A stretch of 64,000 bases of DNA from an uncultured Gemmatimonadaceae bacterium (lineage in GTDB: Bacteria; Gemmatimonadota; Gemmatimonadetes; Gemmatimonadales; Gemmatimonadaceae): positions 32,001 through 96,000 of the forward strand of contig CAVUDW010000001.1 in NCBI GenBank assembly GCA_963740355.1, read 5' to 3'. A model generated the notes under the pieces. That model was not told the DNA's origin. It saw only the letters and a program-made list of their open reading frames with translations, and searched no databases. Positions 27,894-38,192 of the stretch are shown here, piece after piece (positions within the stretch are counted from its first letter, which is position 1; each line of letters begins with the position of its first letter). The translations under genes and the position numbers were made by a program.

Positions 27894-28674
27894 TGTCACA
27901 GGCAAGGTGACGATCGTCACCGGCGCAGGCCGCGGGATTGGCGAGGCGATTGCAAAGCGTTTTGCCACGGAAGGCGCGCGACTCGCACTGTGGGAGCGTG
28001 ATCCAGCCAGTCTGGCGCGCGTCACCGCTGAGTTGCGTGCGATGGGCGCAGAGGTGCTTCCGCTGCAGGTTGACGTCAGCAATGCCGACGAGTGCACGAA
28101 GGCTGCCGCTGATACGCATGCGCACTTCGGCGACCTCGAGGTGCTGATCAACAACGCCGGTGTGGCACCATCGGGAACTGTCGAGACGATGGACATCGCC
28201 GCCTGGGACGAGACCTTTGCGGTCAACGTGCGCGGAGTCTTCCTCTGTTGTCGCGCCGTCTCGCCATACATGAAGGCGCGTCGCGGTGGCCGCATCATCT
28301 CGGCCTCGTCGTTCGCTGCCATCATTCCATCCTACGCGTTTGCCGCGTACGCCTCATCGAAGGCGGCAGTGGCATCGTTCACTCGCGTGCTGGCCGCCGA
28401 GCTTGGACCGTGGGACGTGACGGTGAATGCGTACGCGCCCGGCATGGTCCCGACCCAGATGAACGGTTTCACCAGCCTGCCCGAGACCCGTCAGCAGCAG
28501 TTGCTGGACACGCTCACGTTGCGCCGCTGGGGTGCCGCGGACGACGTTGCATCACTGCTGGTCTTCCTCGCATCGGCGCATGCCAGCTACATCAGCGGCA
28601 CGCTGATCGATGTCAGCGGTGGAAAATTCAGCGTGCAGTTCCCCCAGATGGCGCACCAGCAGGCAGGACTCTGA
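27883..28674 (+). CDS. Short-chain dehydrogenase/reductase (FabG-like)
   Basis: TGAGRGIG, NNAG, YASSK, VNAYAPG. Confidence 0.92.
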   Translation: MLVDVTGKVTIVTGAGRGIGEAIAKRFATEGARLALWERDPASLARVTAELRAMGAEVLPLQVDVSNADECTKAAADTHAHFGDLEVLINNAGVAPSGTVETMDIAAWDETFAVNVRGVFLCCRAVSPYMKARRGGRIISASSFAAIIPSYAFAAYASSKAAVASFTRVLAAELGPWDVTVNAYAPGMVPTQMNGFTSLPETRQQQLLDTLTLRRWGAADDVASLLVFLASAHASYISGTLIDVSGGKFSVQFPQMAHQQAGL

Positions 28675-28679
28675 GCCTG

Positions 28680-29324
28680 ATGCGCCTCGTCATCATCGGT
28701 ACTGGTGAGAACAGCGCGCAGGCGTGGTACATCCTGAAGCATCACTCCGATGTTGCCGTCGTTGGCTTCATCGATGATGACACCACGCGACACGGGACCG
28801 AACACTTCGGCCGTCCTGTACTGGGCGGGCGGGCGGCGCTCGAACATGTGCGGGCAACGCATTCCGTGACACATGCGCTGGTGGCCATCGGGAACAACGC
28901 CGTCCGGCGCGAGTTTGCGATGGCGGTGCGATCGTCGGGGCTTGCGCTTGCCAGCGCGATCCATCCGTCCGCGGTCATCGACGCATCTGCGCATCTCGGG
29001 CAGGGCTGCATCATCGAGATGGGCGTGTGCATTCATCCCGAGGCGAGCATCGGCGACGGCGTATTCCTCGGTGGCTCAGCAGTCGTGGCGCATCACTCCA
29101 CCATCGGCAGCTTCGCCCTCGTTGGCGGCGGAGTGGTCTTCGGCGGTCGCGTCTCGATCGGGCCGGAGGCGTTGGTTGGTGTCGGCGTCTCGATCCAACC
29201 GCATGTGTCCATCGGCGCACGCAGCGTCATTGGTGTCGGGTCGGCCGTGGTGAAGGACGTGCCGGACGACGTCGTCGCGGTGGGCGTGCCGGCGAAGGTG
29301 ATTCGTACGCTCGTTGCCTCCTGA
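28680..29324 (+). CDS. NeuD/PglD-family sugar N/O-acyltransferase
   Basis: LVIIGTG, GFIDDD, VAIGNN.VR, IHPSA, hexapeptide repeats with HH, VGVPAK. Confidence 0.9.
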   Translation: MRLVIIGTGENSAQAWYILKHHSDVAVVGFIDDDTTRHGTEHFGRPVLGGRAALEHVRATHSVTHALVAIGNNAVRREFAMAVRSSGLALASAIHPSAVIDASAHLGQGCIIEMGVCIHPEASIGDGVFLGGSAVVAHHSTIGSFALVGGGVVFGGRVSIGPEALVGVGVSIQPHVSIGARSVIGVGSAVVKDVPDDVVAVGVPAKVIRTLVAS

Positions 29325-29351
29325 TCTTCCGTTCACCACTGACCGACGAAC

Positions 29352-30902
29352 ATGCGCGTACTGACCGCAACCGACGCCGCCGCACTGGTGCGAGACGGCG
29401 ACACGTTGGCGAGTTCCGGCTTCCGTTTTGCGCAAGCCCCGGAAGAACTGCTGGAAGCCATCGGCCGTCGCTATCTCGACACGAGTGAGCCGAAGCAGCT
29501 TCGCCTGGTGTTCTCGTCCGCGCAGGGCGACAACGCGGGGCACGGGCTGGATCACCTCGCACACGAAGGCCTACTGCGGCAGGTGATCGGTGGGTTTTAC
29601 GGCACCACACCACGCCTCCGCCAGATGATCCTGGATGGAAAGTGCGAAGGCTGGAACCTGCCACAAGGCCAGATCGCGCTGCTGCACCGTGCGACAGCCG
29701 CTGGGCATCCCGGCGTTCTGACGCATGTGGGGCTCGACACATTCGTCGATCCGCGGCACGAAGGGGGGCGCATGAATACCCTGAGCACGGAAGCGTTCGT
29801 CGAACACCTGACGATGCACGGCAAGGACTGGTTGCTCTACAAGTCGTTCCCGATCCACGTGGCCCTCGTTCGCGCCACATCGGCCGACGAAATGGGCAAC
29901 CTGAGCGTGGAGCGCGAGGCGGTGCGCATGGAGACCCTCGCGCTGGCCGCTGCCGCGAAGAACAGCGGTGGCATCGTCATCGCGCAAGTGGAGCGGCTCG
30001 TGCGCACGGGGACGATTCACGCGCAACGCGTCGAGGTGCCGGGGCATCTCGTCGACTACGTGGTGGTCGCGGCCCACCCGGAGCGAACGCACCAGCAGAC
30101 GCTCGGAGAAGGATTCAATGCCTCGTACAGCGGTGAGATCCGCGTACCAGAGGCGCGGATGCCGGAACTCGACTTTGGCATCCGCAAGGTGATCGCACGC
30201 CGCGCCGCGCAGGAGTTGCGCCCTGGCATGGTCGTGAACCTCGGCCAGGGAATGCCTGAGGGCATCGGCCTCGTGGCGTCAGAGCTGGGCTTGATGGATC
30301 GACTCTGGACGAGCTTCGAATCAGGTGTGATCGGTGGTGTTCCCGTGAAGCACGTGAACTTCGGCGTGGCGATCAATCCGATGGCGATCGTTCGGCACGA
30401 CGAACAGTTCATGATCTACAATGGCGGTGGCGTCGACATGTCGTTCCTCGGGTTTGCCGAGATCGATGGCCATGGCTCGGTGAACGTGTCGAAGTTCAAC
30501 GGGCAGGTCACCGGCTGTGGTGGCTTCATCGACATCTGCATGCGAACGCATACGCTGGTGTTCTGCGGCCAGTTCGATGCCGGCCGCGCCGAGATCTCGA
30601 TCGGTGATGGCAGGGTCGAGATCGCGAAGCACGGCTCGCACAAGAAGTTCGTCCCGGAGGTCGAGCAGATCACCTTCAACGGGCGTGCCGCGGTCGCAGC
30701 CGGCCGGCGAATCCTCCTGGTCACGGAACGCTGCGTCTTTCAGCTCCAGACTGACGGCTGGAACCTGGTTGAAGTCGCGCCCGGCGTTCGTATCAAGGAA
30801 GATATTCTCGACCAGATGTCTTTCGCTCCGATCGTCGGCGATGTTGCGCTGATGGATGCCGAAATCTTCCGCGCGGGCAAGTGGACACCGAAGTCCACAT
30901 GA
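29352..30902 (+). CDS. Family I acyl-CoA:carboxylate CoA-transferase (YdiF/Pct-like)
   Basis: [35 protein letters not shown] (catalytic Glu), NVSKF, GGFIDI, VTERCVF. Confidence 0.93.
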   Translation: MRVLTATDAAALVRDGDTLASSGFRFAQAPEELLEAIGRRYLDTSEPKQLRLVFSSAQGDNAGHGLDHLAHEGLLRQVIGGFYGTTPRLRQMILDGKCEGWNLPQGQIALLHRATAAGHPGVLTHVGLDTFVDPRHEGGRMNTLSTEAFVEHLTMHGKDWLLYKSFPIHVALVRATSADEMGNLSVEREAVRMETLALAAAAKNSGGIVIAQVERLVRTGTIHAQRVEVPGHLVDYVVVAAHPERTHQQTLGEGFNASYSGEIRVPEARMPELDFGIRKVIARRAAQELRPGMVVNLGQGMPEGIGLVASELGLMDRLWTSFESGVIGGVPVKHVNFGVAINPMAIVRHDEQFMIYNGGGVDMSFLGFAEIDGHGSVNVSKFNGQVTGCGGFIDICMRTHTLVFCGQFDAGRAEISIGDGRVEIAKHGSHKKFVPEVEQITFNGRAAVAAGRRILLVTERCVFQLQTDGWNLVEVAPGVRIKEDILDQMSFAPIVGDVALMDAEIFRAGKWTPKST

Positions 30903-31642
30903 CGCGCGTCGCATTGGTCACCGGCGCATCGCGAGGCATCGGGCGCGCCTGTGCCATCGCGTTGGCGGAAGCAGGTTGCGACGTTGCGGTGAACTACAAT
31001 CGCGACGCGAAGGCTGCCGGGGAGGTCGTAGAGGCCATCGAGTCGCTCGGTCGTCGTGCGGTGGCGGTGGCCGCGGACGTCAGTGATCCCGCCGCTGTGC
31101 AGCGGCTCGTCGCGGACACCGTCGCGCAACTCGGCACCATCGCCGTGCTCGTGAACAACGCCGGAATCGCTCCGCTGACGAAACTGGAATCCATTCCGCT
31201 CGACGAATGGGATACGGTCTTCAACACCAACGCCCGTCCCCTGCTCCAGCTGACACAATTGGTGCTCCCTGGCATGCGCGAGCTCGGCTTCGGCCGCATC
31301 ATCACGATGACGTCGCAAGCTGGTGTGTCCGGAGGCGTCTTCATCGGCGCGCACTACGCCGCGGCGAAGGGTGCGATGATCACGCTCACCCGCAGCATCG
31401 CGAAAGCCACCGCTGCGACACCCGGCATCACGGCGAATTGTGTCGCTCCCGGCCTCATCGACACCGACCTCGTGGCCGGCTTTCCCGCCGCGGACGTGAG
31501 CCGAATGACCAAGGGCATCCCGATGCAACGCCTCGGAACGCCACGCGAAGTGGCCGACATGGTCGCATTTCTCTGTTCACCCGCGGCGAGCTACGTCACG
31601 GGCGCGCTCATCCCTGTTGACGGCGGCGTGCTCGCCGGCTGA
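30899..31642 (+). CDS. Short-chain dehydrogenase/reductase (3-oxoacyl/acetoacetyl-CoA reductase-like)
   Basis: [41 protein letters not shown]. Confidence 0.92.
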   Translation: MTRVALVTGASRGIGRACAIALAEAGCDVAVNYNRDAKAAGEVVEAIESLGRRAVAVAADVSDPAAVQRLVADTVAQLGTIAVLVNNAGIAPLTKLESIPLDEWDTVFNTNARPLLQLTQLVLPGMRELGFGRIITMTSQAGVSGGVFIGAHYAAAKGAMITLTRSIAKATAATPGITANCVAPGLIDTDLVAGFPAADVSRMTKGIPMQRLGTPREVADMVAFLCSPAASYVTGALIPVDGGVLAG

Positions 31643-31648
31643 GGCACC

Positions 31649-32656
31649 ATGCACCTGAATTTTACGCTGTACGGCTCACAGGTCACGTACGGCTGGCTGC
31701 CGGAAGGCGCCACGCTCATCAGTGGGCTCGGATTCGTGCAAGAGGCCGTGCGTCGCGGGTTTCGCGGTGCCGAGATCCCGACCCGCTGCCTCGAATCAGC
31801 GTCGGCCGAGGACCTGCTCGCCATCCGGGCGCTCGCTGATACCCACAATCTCGAAATCGTCCTTTCCGCTTTCGGGACGGACGTCGACTACCTCACCACG
31901 ATGACGCGGCACGCGACCGTGCTTGGCGCCAGCGTCGTTCGCACGGTGGTTGGTGGCGCTGACTACGGCGGGGATAGGCGCGCGTACGCTGGCGGCCTTT
32001 GGAGGCCGTTCATGCACGGCGTTCGGGAGCGCTTGGCGAAGGTGCTGCGCACCAGTGAGAAACTGGGTGTGTCAATCGCGGTCGAGAATCATCAGGATGT
32101 CTCGTCCGAGGATATTCTGTGGCTTTGCGAAGGTTTCGATAGCCCGTGGTTCGGCATGGTGCTCGACGCCGCGAATCCGCTCGCGACCGGTGAGCATCCG
32201 ATCACGTATGCAAAGAAGATGTTGCCGTGGATCAAGTATCTTCACATGAAGGACTACACGATTCACTGGACCGACGAGGGCTACATCCTCGCACGATGCC
32301 CCGTCGGCGCCGGCGTGATCCCTTTTGCCGAGTTGCTGCCGCTCCTGCACGCAGCAGGGCGCGCGAACTCGGCGAGCCTGGAGCTAGCCGCACTATATGG
32401 TCGCCATGTGCGTATATTTGCGGCGGATTGGTGGCCCGAGTATCCGGCGCGGCCAGCTCACGAACTGGCAGAGACGCTGGACTTCGTGCGGCGGCACGCC
32501 CGGCCCGCGTCGGAGCAATGGCGCACGCCGTACGAGCTCGCCGCACCGATGACGGAGGTTGCCGCCTACGAAGAACGCGAGCTCACAGAAAGCCTCGCGC
32601 TCTGTGCGGCGCTTACCGGCGACGACTCGCCACTCAAGGCGCTGACGCAGCGTTGA
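31649..32656 (+). CDS. Sugar phosphate isomerase/epimerase (xylose-isomerase-like TIM barrel)
   Basis: AVENHQD, LDAAN, HMKDY, G.GVIPF, SLE metal-binding pattern. Confidence 0.85.
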   Translation: MHLNFTLYGSQVTYGWLPEGATLISGLGFVQEAVRRGFRGAEIPTRCLESASAEDLLAIRALADTHNLEIVLSAFGTDVDYLTTMTRHATVLGASVVRTVVGGADYGGDRRAYAGGLWRPFMHGVRERLAKVLRTSEKLGVSIAVENHQDVSSEDILWLCEGFDSPWFGMVLDAANPLATGEHPITYAKKMLPWIKYLHMKDYTIHWTDEGYILARCPVGAGVIPFAELLPLLHAAGRANSASLELAALYGRHVRIFAADWWPEYPARPAHELAETLDFVRRHARPASEQWRTPYELAAPMTEVAAYEERELTESLALCAALTGDDSPLKALTQR

Positions 32657-33980
32657 CGGACGGTCCAGCGTGCGACGCATCCGGCGTCGCACGCGTCGGC
32701 CAGGACCGGATGGCCAGCCCAAAGAGGACGGTGGCACCAAGAATCTCGACACTCGCACCAATCACCAGCGCCCACGCCGCGCCCATCAGACCATGGCGCG
32801 GAATCAGCAGCGCACACCCTGCGCTGATCACACCGAGCGTGATCAGGAGCAGGCTCGCCTGTGCGCGAAGCTTGCGCATCGCGACCAGTGAGTCCTCGAG
32901 AAATGTTGCCGAGTAGCCGAGTCCGGACGCCACCAGCAGCCAGGTGAGCACCGGCGACCATACGGCATAGTTCGCCCCATACACCAGCGTGAGGGCCTGA
33001 CGACCGATCAGGGCGGCTCCCAGCACTCCAGCAGCGCCGAGTACCAGTCCAAACGTCACCACCTGCCCTACGGTCCGGATGAATCCGGCACGATCACCTG
33101 CGGCCACGAAGCGGCCGAGGCGCGGAAGAGTCGGCGTTCCCAGGGCGACGGCGACCATGCGTCCGGCCACCATCACGTACGCCAGCGCAGAGAAGTAGCC
33201 GACCGCGTCGGCTCCGAGTTCGCGCGCGATGGTCAGCCTCGGGATGCTCGCCGCCAGCGAAAGCGAGAGTGCCACGACCCCGAGCGGTACGGCCTGCCAG
33301 GCCAGCGCGAGCAAAGACCGATTCAGCCGGAATGCACGAAGCAGGGCCGCGACCGTTGCGGGGGGGGCCACCGCGGGATCGTCGCCTACCCGCGCATGCC
33401 GGACAAGACGAAGGTCAACCAACCAGAACGCGACCCACCACCAGATGGCGAGCGCTGCGGCCACGCCGGTCAACGGCACCGCAGCCAGCCGCAGGACGGC
33501 CATCAGCACCACGGTTCCCCAGCCCCGTACGGCCAGCGAAGTCGCCACGGCGCGAAAGCGGAGCCGCATGCTGAGATAACCGAACGCGAGATCGCTGAAC
33601 GCCTCGGCGACCTTGGCCAATCCCACGAGGACGATCACGACCCACGTGTCACCTCGGTACCCACCGAACCACGCCCAGAGCATGATCGCGACGATCGCGA
33701 CGACATTCGCCGACAGGCGGAGCGAGAAATAGTCTGAGTACGGCCGCGAGCGACCGGCATCGGAGGCCAAAAGGTACGCAAGCCGCAGGTTCGTGAACAT
33801 CACGACCGGTGCGCCGATCGCGAGCGCAAGCGAATACTCGCCCACCATCGCCGGAGAGCCGAGGCGTACCAGCACCAGCAGCATCGCCCACTGCGCAGCG
33901 GCGTATCCAACATTGCCGAGCAGGTTGACGACAAAATCACTCCGCAGCGAGGAACGCGCTGCGCCCTGCGTCTCACTCAC
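32634..33980 (-). CDS. wzx: Polysaccharide flippase (Wzx/MOP family)
   Basis: GNVGYAAAQW, VGEYSLALAI, IPRLTI..LG..AVGYFSAL, LIPRHGLMGAAWA; many TM segments. Confidence 0.85.
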   Translation of the reverse strand: MSETQGAARSSLRSDFVVNLLGNVGYAAAQWAMLLVLVRLGSPAMVGEYSLALAIGAPVVMFTNLRLAYLLASDAGRSRPYSDYFSLRLSANVVAIVAIMLWAWFGGYRGDTWVVIVLVGLAKVAEAFSDLAFGYLSMRLRFRAVATSLAVRGWGTVVLMAVLRLAAVPLTGVAAALAIWWWVAFWLVDLRLVRHARVGDDPAVAPPATVAALLRAFRLNRSLLALAWQAVPLGVVALSLSLAASIPRLTIARELGADAVGYFSALAYVMVAGRMVAVALGTPTLPRLGRFVAAGDRAGFIRTVGQVVTFGLVLGAAGVLGAALIGRQALTLVYGANYAVWSPVLTWLLVASGLGYSATFLEDSLVAMRKLRAQASLLLITLGVISAGCALLIPRHGLMGAAWALVIGASVEILGATVLFGLAIRSWPTRATPDASHAGPSVNAASAP

Positions 33981-35017
33981 GCGCCAGCGCGCCCGCGCGA
34001 CCGTGCGTTCATCGGTGAAACATCCAGCACAGGCTCACCGTTTCGGTCGCCCGACACTGGCTGGCGCAGCGCCTCGGCAATGAAGATCACGAGAATGCCG
34101 AACATGAGCGACGCGACCACCGCGAGGCCCGTGAAGAGCACCAATCGACGCGGCGTGGGCGGAAGCGTTGCCGGCAGTGGATCGACGGTGACCACGACAG
34201 GCGTCTCCTCGAGTTCCTTCGCGACAGCGCTCTCCCGGTCGGAGACAGCCTTCGAGTAGACCTGCTCGGCCACGCCAACATCGCGCTGAAGCGTCTGTTG
34301 CTGCGTCGCAAGTTCACTGAATGACGGCACGGTGCGGTTCGCCTGCTGGAACTGCTGCTGCTCGCGCTCGAGGCGCGCCAAGGCGCGCTTTGCACTGTCC
34401 ACGCGCACATCCTGCGCGTGCCGCAACTGGGTTGCCTGCGCACGCGCCGTCTCGACGTAGGTCTTCGTGACTTCGCTGATGATGCGGCGCGCCACCTCGC
34501 GGGCCAACGAGGAGTCCTTCAGGATCACGCCGAGCGAGACCAGTCCCGTCTCCTTGGCGACACGTGCGGCGATCACGTCGTCCATCTCCTCCACGATCTT
34601 GTCCTCGCGGACTTGCTTCTCGGCCACGAGATCGACGATGCGTTCGGTGCGCCCCGGCAACTTGGAGAGACCGACGGCCAGCAGCACGCGACGTGACTGC
34701 ATCAAGTCGGCGATCAACAGGGGGCTGACCTGGAGGCCCGACTGCGTTGGCGCAGCGCCGCCGCCAGCAGAGGCCAGCAGGGCCGCAGCGCCACCGAGAT
34801 TCAAGCCGGGTTGGCTGCTCACCGTCGCCACGATCAAGCGCGCCTCGTATCGCGGGCCGCGAATGAGGATGATCGCGATCGCGATGCTCGCGGCCACGAT
34901 TGCGCCCAGTGCCAGTCGACCCCAGTTCCTCGCCACAGGTACGAGCACGTCGCGCAGCGACACTGCGCCGTACCCGGCTCCACCGGCTTGTCGGATATCC
35001 GTCGAATCGTCCATCAC
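33977..35017 (-). CDS. Wzz-like chain-length determinant (PCP without kinase)
   Basis: N- and C-terminal TM helices, periplasmic coiled coil, VDPLPA..P.PRR motif. Confidence 0.8.
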   Translation of the reverse strand: MMDDSTDIRQAGGAGYGAVSLRDVLVPVARNWGRLALGAIVAASIAIAIILIRGPRYEARLIVATVSSQPGLNLGGAAALLASAGGGAAPTQSGLQVSPLLIADLMQSRRVLLAVGLSKLPGRTERIVDLVAEKQVREDKIVEEMDDVIAARVAKETGLVSLGVILKDSSLAREVARRIISEVTKTYVETARAQATQLRHAQDVRVDSAKRALARLEREQQQFQQANRTVPSFSELATQQQTLQRDVGVAEQVYSKAVSDRESAVAKELEETPVVVTVDPLPATLPPTPRRLVLFTGLAVVASLMFGILVIFIAEALRQPVSGDRNGEPVLDVSPMNARSRGRAGA

Positions 35018-35021
35018 GCGC

Positions 35022-36245
35022 TCATGTCGTTTGTAGCTGAGGGTCGCGCAGCGTCACTGGCACAGGCAACGGCAGACCATGCTCCTGAAGCAGTCGTCGG
35101 TATTCATGGATATACGTCGCCCAGATGCGTTCAGGGGCGAAGTCATTGAGAACCCGCTCCCGGCCCGCCGCCCCATGCGACGCACGGAGTTCCGGCGAGT
35201 CAAGATAGCGCCTGAGAGCCGCCGCCAGCGCATCCGCATCAGCAACGGGCACCAGTGCCCCGGTCACGCCATCCACCACCGAGTCCCGACACCCCGTCGC
35301 CAAGGTGGTCACAACCGGCAGGGCCATTGCTGCGGCCTCGAGCGGCACGTTGGGAAAGCCTTCTCGATGGCTGGGATGCACTACGACGTCGGCGGCGGCA
35401 TACACTGCACGGGCATCCTTCAGGAGCCCAAGCAAGTGGATGCGCGTATCCGTGCGGAGTGTCGCCAGCACGTCGGCAGGAAGCGTGTCCCGGGCATCGT
35501 CGATCGGTCCAGCCAGCACCAGATGGGCCGTCGGAACAGCCTCGCGAACGATCTTCCACGCGGCCGTCAACTCGACAATTCCCTTGTCATGCCCCAGTCG
35601 ACCCACGAAGGCGATGACTGCAGCGTCGTCGGGAAGCGCCCAGGTCCGACGCAACTCGACGCGCTCGGTCGGACTAAACCGCGCTGGGTTGTACGCGGCG
35701 GCACCATCCACCCCGTTGCCGCTCCCGGCGTGAGCGACCATCACCTTGCGCTCATCGACCAGGCGAAGCGACACGATCTGGTCACGCAATGAGTGGCTGA
35801 CGCAAAACACGCGATGCGCCAGCGCACAGCTCACACGTTCACTGGCACCGAGCAACAGCTTGGTGAGGCCGGAGGCCGTTTCGAGTGGCAGCCCGCGCAC
35901 GTGGTATATCCGGACGGGAACGCGGCTGATCCACGCGGCGAGCATCCCAAGCAGCCCGCCTTTCGGTGTATGCGCATGCACGATTGATGGACGTCGCGCA
36001 CGTATCACGCCGACCAACTGCCACAAGGCGACGAGGTCTGCCAGCGGCGTGATGCGCCGCGGCATCTCCACGGCTACCACTTCGACACCTTCGCGCTCGG
36101 CGAAGACCGGCGCGTAGGGTCCATCCGATGCAACAGCCGTGAGACGAAGCCCCTGCTGCTGCATGAACGTCGCTTGCCCGGTGAGCAGCACGAAAGTCTG
36201 CGGCACCGTCATGACGTGCACCAGTCGCACGTCCTCGTGCGTCAT
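35022..36245 (-). CDS. Glycosyltransferase family 4
   Basis: HAHTPKGGLLG, GSGNGVD, FVGRLGHDKG, PSHREGFPNVPLEA. Confidence 0.93.
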   Translation of the reverse strand: MTHEDVRLVHVMTVPQTFVLLTGQATFMQQQGLRLTAVASDGPYAPVFAEREGVEVVAVEMPRRITPLADLVALWQLVGVIRARRPSIVHAHTPKGGLLGMLAAWISRVPVRIYHVRGLPLETASGLTKLLLGASERVSCALAHRVFCVSHSLRDQIVSLRLVDERKVMVAHAGSGNGVDGAAAYNPARFSPTERVELRRTWALPDDAAVIAFVGRLGHDKGIVELTAAWKIVREAVPTAHLVLAGPIDDARDTLPADVLATLRTDTRIHLLGLLKDARAVYAAADVVVHPSHREGFPNVPLEAAAMALPVVTTLATGCRDSVVDGVTGALVPVADADALAAALRRYLDSPELRASHGAAGRERVLNDFAPERIWATYIHEYRRLLQEHGLPLPVPVTLRDPQLQTT

Positions 36246-38191
36246 GGTGCGCCGCCCCCGTCATGCAACCAGGCTTGAAACATGAGGACGTCCCACAACT
36301 CGTAGTGCTGATCCGCAGCACCTCGGAGGTGCGCAGCCCATCGCGATCGAATCGGCGCGGGATCGAAGTAGCCATCAGCCTTCAGCAGCGCTGGATCGAG
36401 CAGTGCCTCTGCCCAATCGCGAAGTGGACCGCGGAGCCATGCGTCGATCGGTACCGCGAATCCCTTCTTCGGCCGATCAATGAGTGCTCGCGGAACATGT
36501 CGATACAGCACTTCGCGCAGGATCCACTTCCCGACACCATTCCGCAGTTTCTGGTGCAACGGCAGCTGCCACGCGAACTCGACGACGCGGTGGTCGAGCA
36601 GTGGCACACGAGCCTCGAGCGCGTAGGCCATGCTCGCGCGGTCGACCTTGACGAGGATGTCGTCGGGCAGGTACGTCACAAGGTCGAGGAACATCATCGA
36701 CTCCGTGAAGGTCGGCAGCGTCGCCCATTTCGTGCGATCACTCACGAGCGTGGGTGGCTCAGTTGCCCCCAACACGATCGATGCCGGATTGCTCCAGTGC
36801 GAGACGAGCCGACGATACATCTCCGCCGGCTCCGTGACGTCGAGGAGCCCGGCCATCTTGTGGAGCTTGGCGCCGATGCCCGCCGCACCAACCTGCTGCG
36901 AACGCCACAGCCCAGTCGCGCCGACACCTCGTTCCCATGTCTCAGGTGGCACCGCCGCGATCGCTCGCGCGGCGAGAGAGCGCATTGGCCGCGGCACGTT
37001 GCGCAGCTTTCGCCAGAGGTTTTCCGCCAGGACATGCCGGTTGTACCCGGCGAAGAGCTCGTCGCCGCCATCACCAGACAGGCTGACCGTCACATGCTTG
37101 CGTGCCAGTGCCGAGACCAGCATCGTCGGCAGTTGCGAAGAGTCGCTGAACGGTTCGTCGAAGTAGCGCGGCAGCTGCGGAATGAGCGAAAGCGCGTCAT
37201 CGGGAGTGACGTACAACTCGGTGTGCTCGGTACCGAGGTGCGTCGCGACGGCGCGCGCGGCCTGCGCTTCATCGTATCGTGCTTCTGGAAACCCGATCGA
37301 GAACGTCCGCACTGGCCGCGCACTTTGCGATTGCATCAACGCGACGACCGTCGATGAATCGACGCCACCAGACAGGAAAGCGCCCAGCGGCACGTCGGCC
37401 ATCATCTGTAGCCCGACAGCGTCACGAAGTCGTGCCTCGAGCGCATCCGTCGCCTCCGCGTCGGATAACTGCAGGGGGTTACGGCTGCCCGACTCCGCGA
37501 CATCCCGCGCCGACCAGTACGCGACCGGGCCGTGCTGCGTTCCGTTGGCATCGATGGTCAGGATCGATCCCGGCGGAAGCTTCTTCGCATCGCGATAAAT
37601 CGAGTACGGCGCTGGGATGCAGTTGTGCCGAAGCGACAGCGCCAGTGCACCGCGATCGACGCTCCGATCGAATCCGGGATACAGCACCAGTGGCTTCAAC
37701 TCAGAGCCGAACACCACGGTGCTGCCGGCCGTGCCGTAGTAGAGCGGCTTCACACCGACGTGATCACGCACGAGGTGTAGCGCACGTTCCTGCCGGTCCC
37801 ACAGTGCGAAGGCAAAGATGCCGACAAACCGTGACGTCGCCGCGGCAACGCCCCACTGCTCCACTGCGGCGAGCATCACTTCGGTGTCACTGTGGCCACG
37901 AAAATTGTGCCCGAGTGCACGCAATTCAGCTGCAAGCAGCCGGAAGTTGTACACTTCGCCATTGTAGCTCAGCACCCATCGACCAGATGCGGAGTGCATC
38001 GGCTGGGCGCCAAGGGGCGACAACTCCACGATCGCCAGCCGACGGTGACCAAGCGCAATTCCTGCCTGCTCATCAACCCATGCCCCGTCGGCGTCGGGAC
38101 CGCGATGCGCAATCGAGTCCGTCATCCGCGCGAGTGTCCCCTCCGGCACTCGCGCGCCACCGACATTCAGGTAGCCACAGATCCCGCACAT
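36242..38191 (-). CDS. asnB: AsnB-like glutamine amidotransferase (polysaccharide amidation)
   Basis: MCGICG, HRGPD, HRRLAI, NGEVYN, SDTEV, LSGGVDSS, SGDGGDELFAGY, KVDRASM. Confidence 0.93.
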   Translation of the reverse strand: MCGICGYLNVGGARVPEGTLARMTDSIAHRGPDADGAWVDEQAGIALGHRRLAIVELSPLGAQPMHSASGRWVLSYNGEVYNFRLLAAELRALGHNFRGHSDTEVMLAAVEQWGVAAATSRFVGIFAFALWDRQERALHLVRDHVGVKPLYYGTAGSTVVFGSELKPLVLYPGFDRSVDRGALALSLRHNCIPAPYSIYRDAKKLPPGSILTIDANGTQHGPVAYWSARDVAESGSRNPLQLSDAEATDALEARLRDAVGLQMMADVPLGAFLSGGVDSSTVVALMQSQSARPVRTFSIGFPEARYDEAQAARAVATHLGTEHTELYVTPDDALSLIPQLPRYFDEPFSDSSQLPTMLVSALARKHVTVSLSGDGGDELFAGYNRHVLAENLWRKLRNVPRPMRSLAARAIAAVPPETWERGVGATGLWRSQQVGAAGIGAKLHKMAGLLDVTEPAEMYRRLVSHWSNPASIVLGATEPPTLVSDRTKWATLPTFTESMMFLDLVTYLPDDILVKVDRASMAYALEARVPLLDHRVVEFAWQLPLHQKLRNGVGKWILREVLYRHVPRALIDRPKKGFAVPIDAWLRGPLRDWAEALLDPALLKADGYFDPAPIRSRWAAHLRGAADQHYELWDVLMFQAWLHDGGGAP

Positions 38192-38192
38192 T

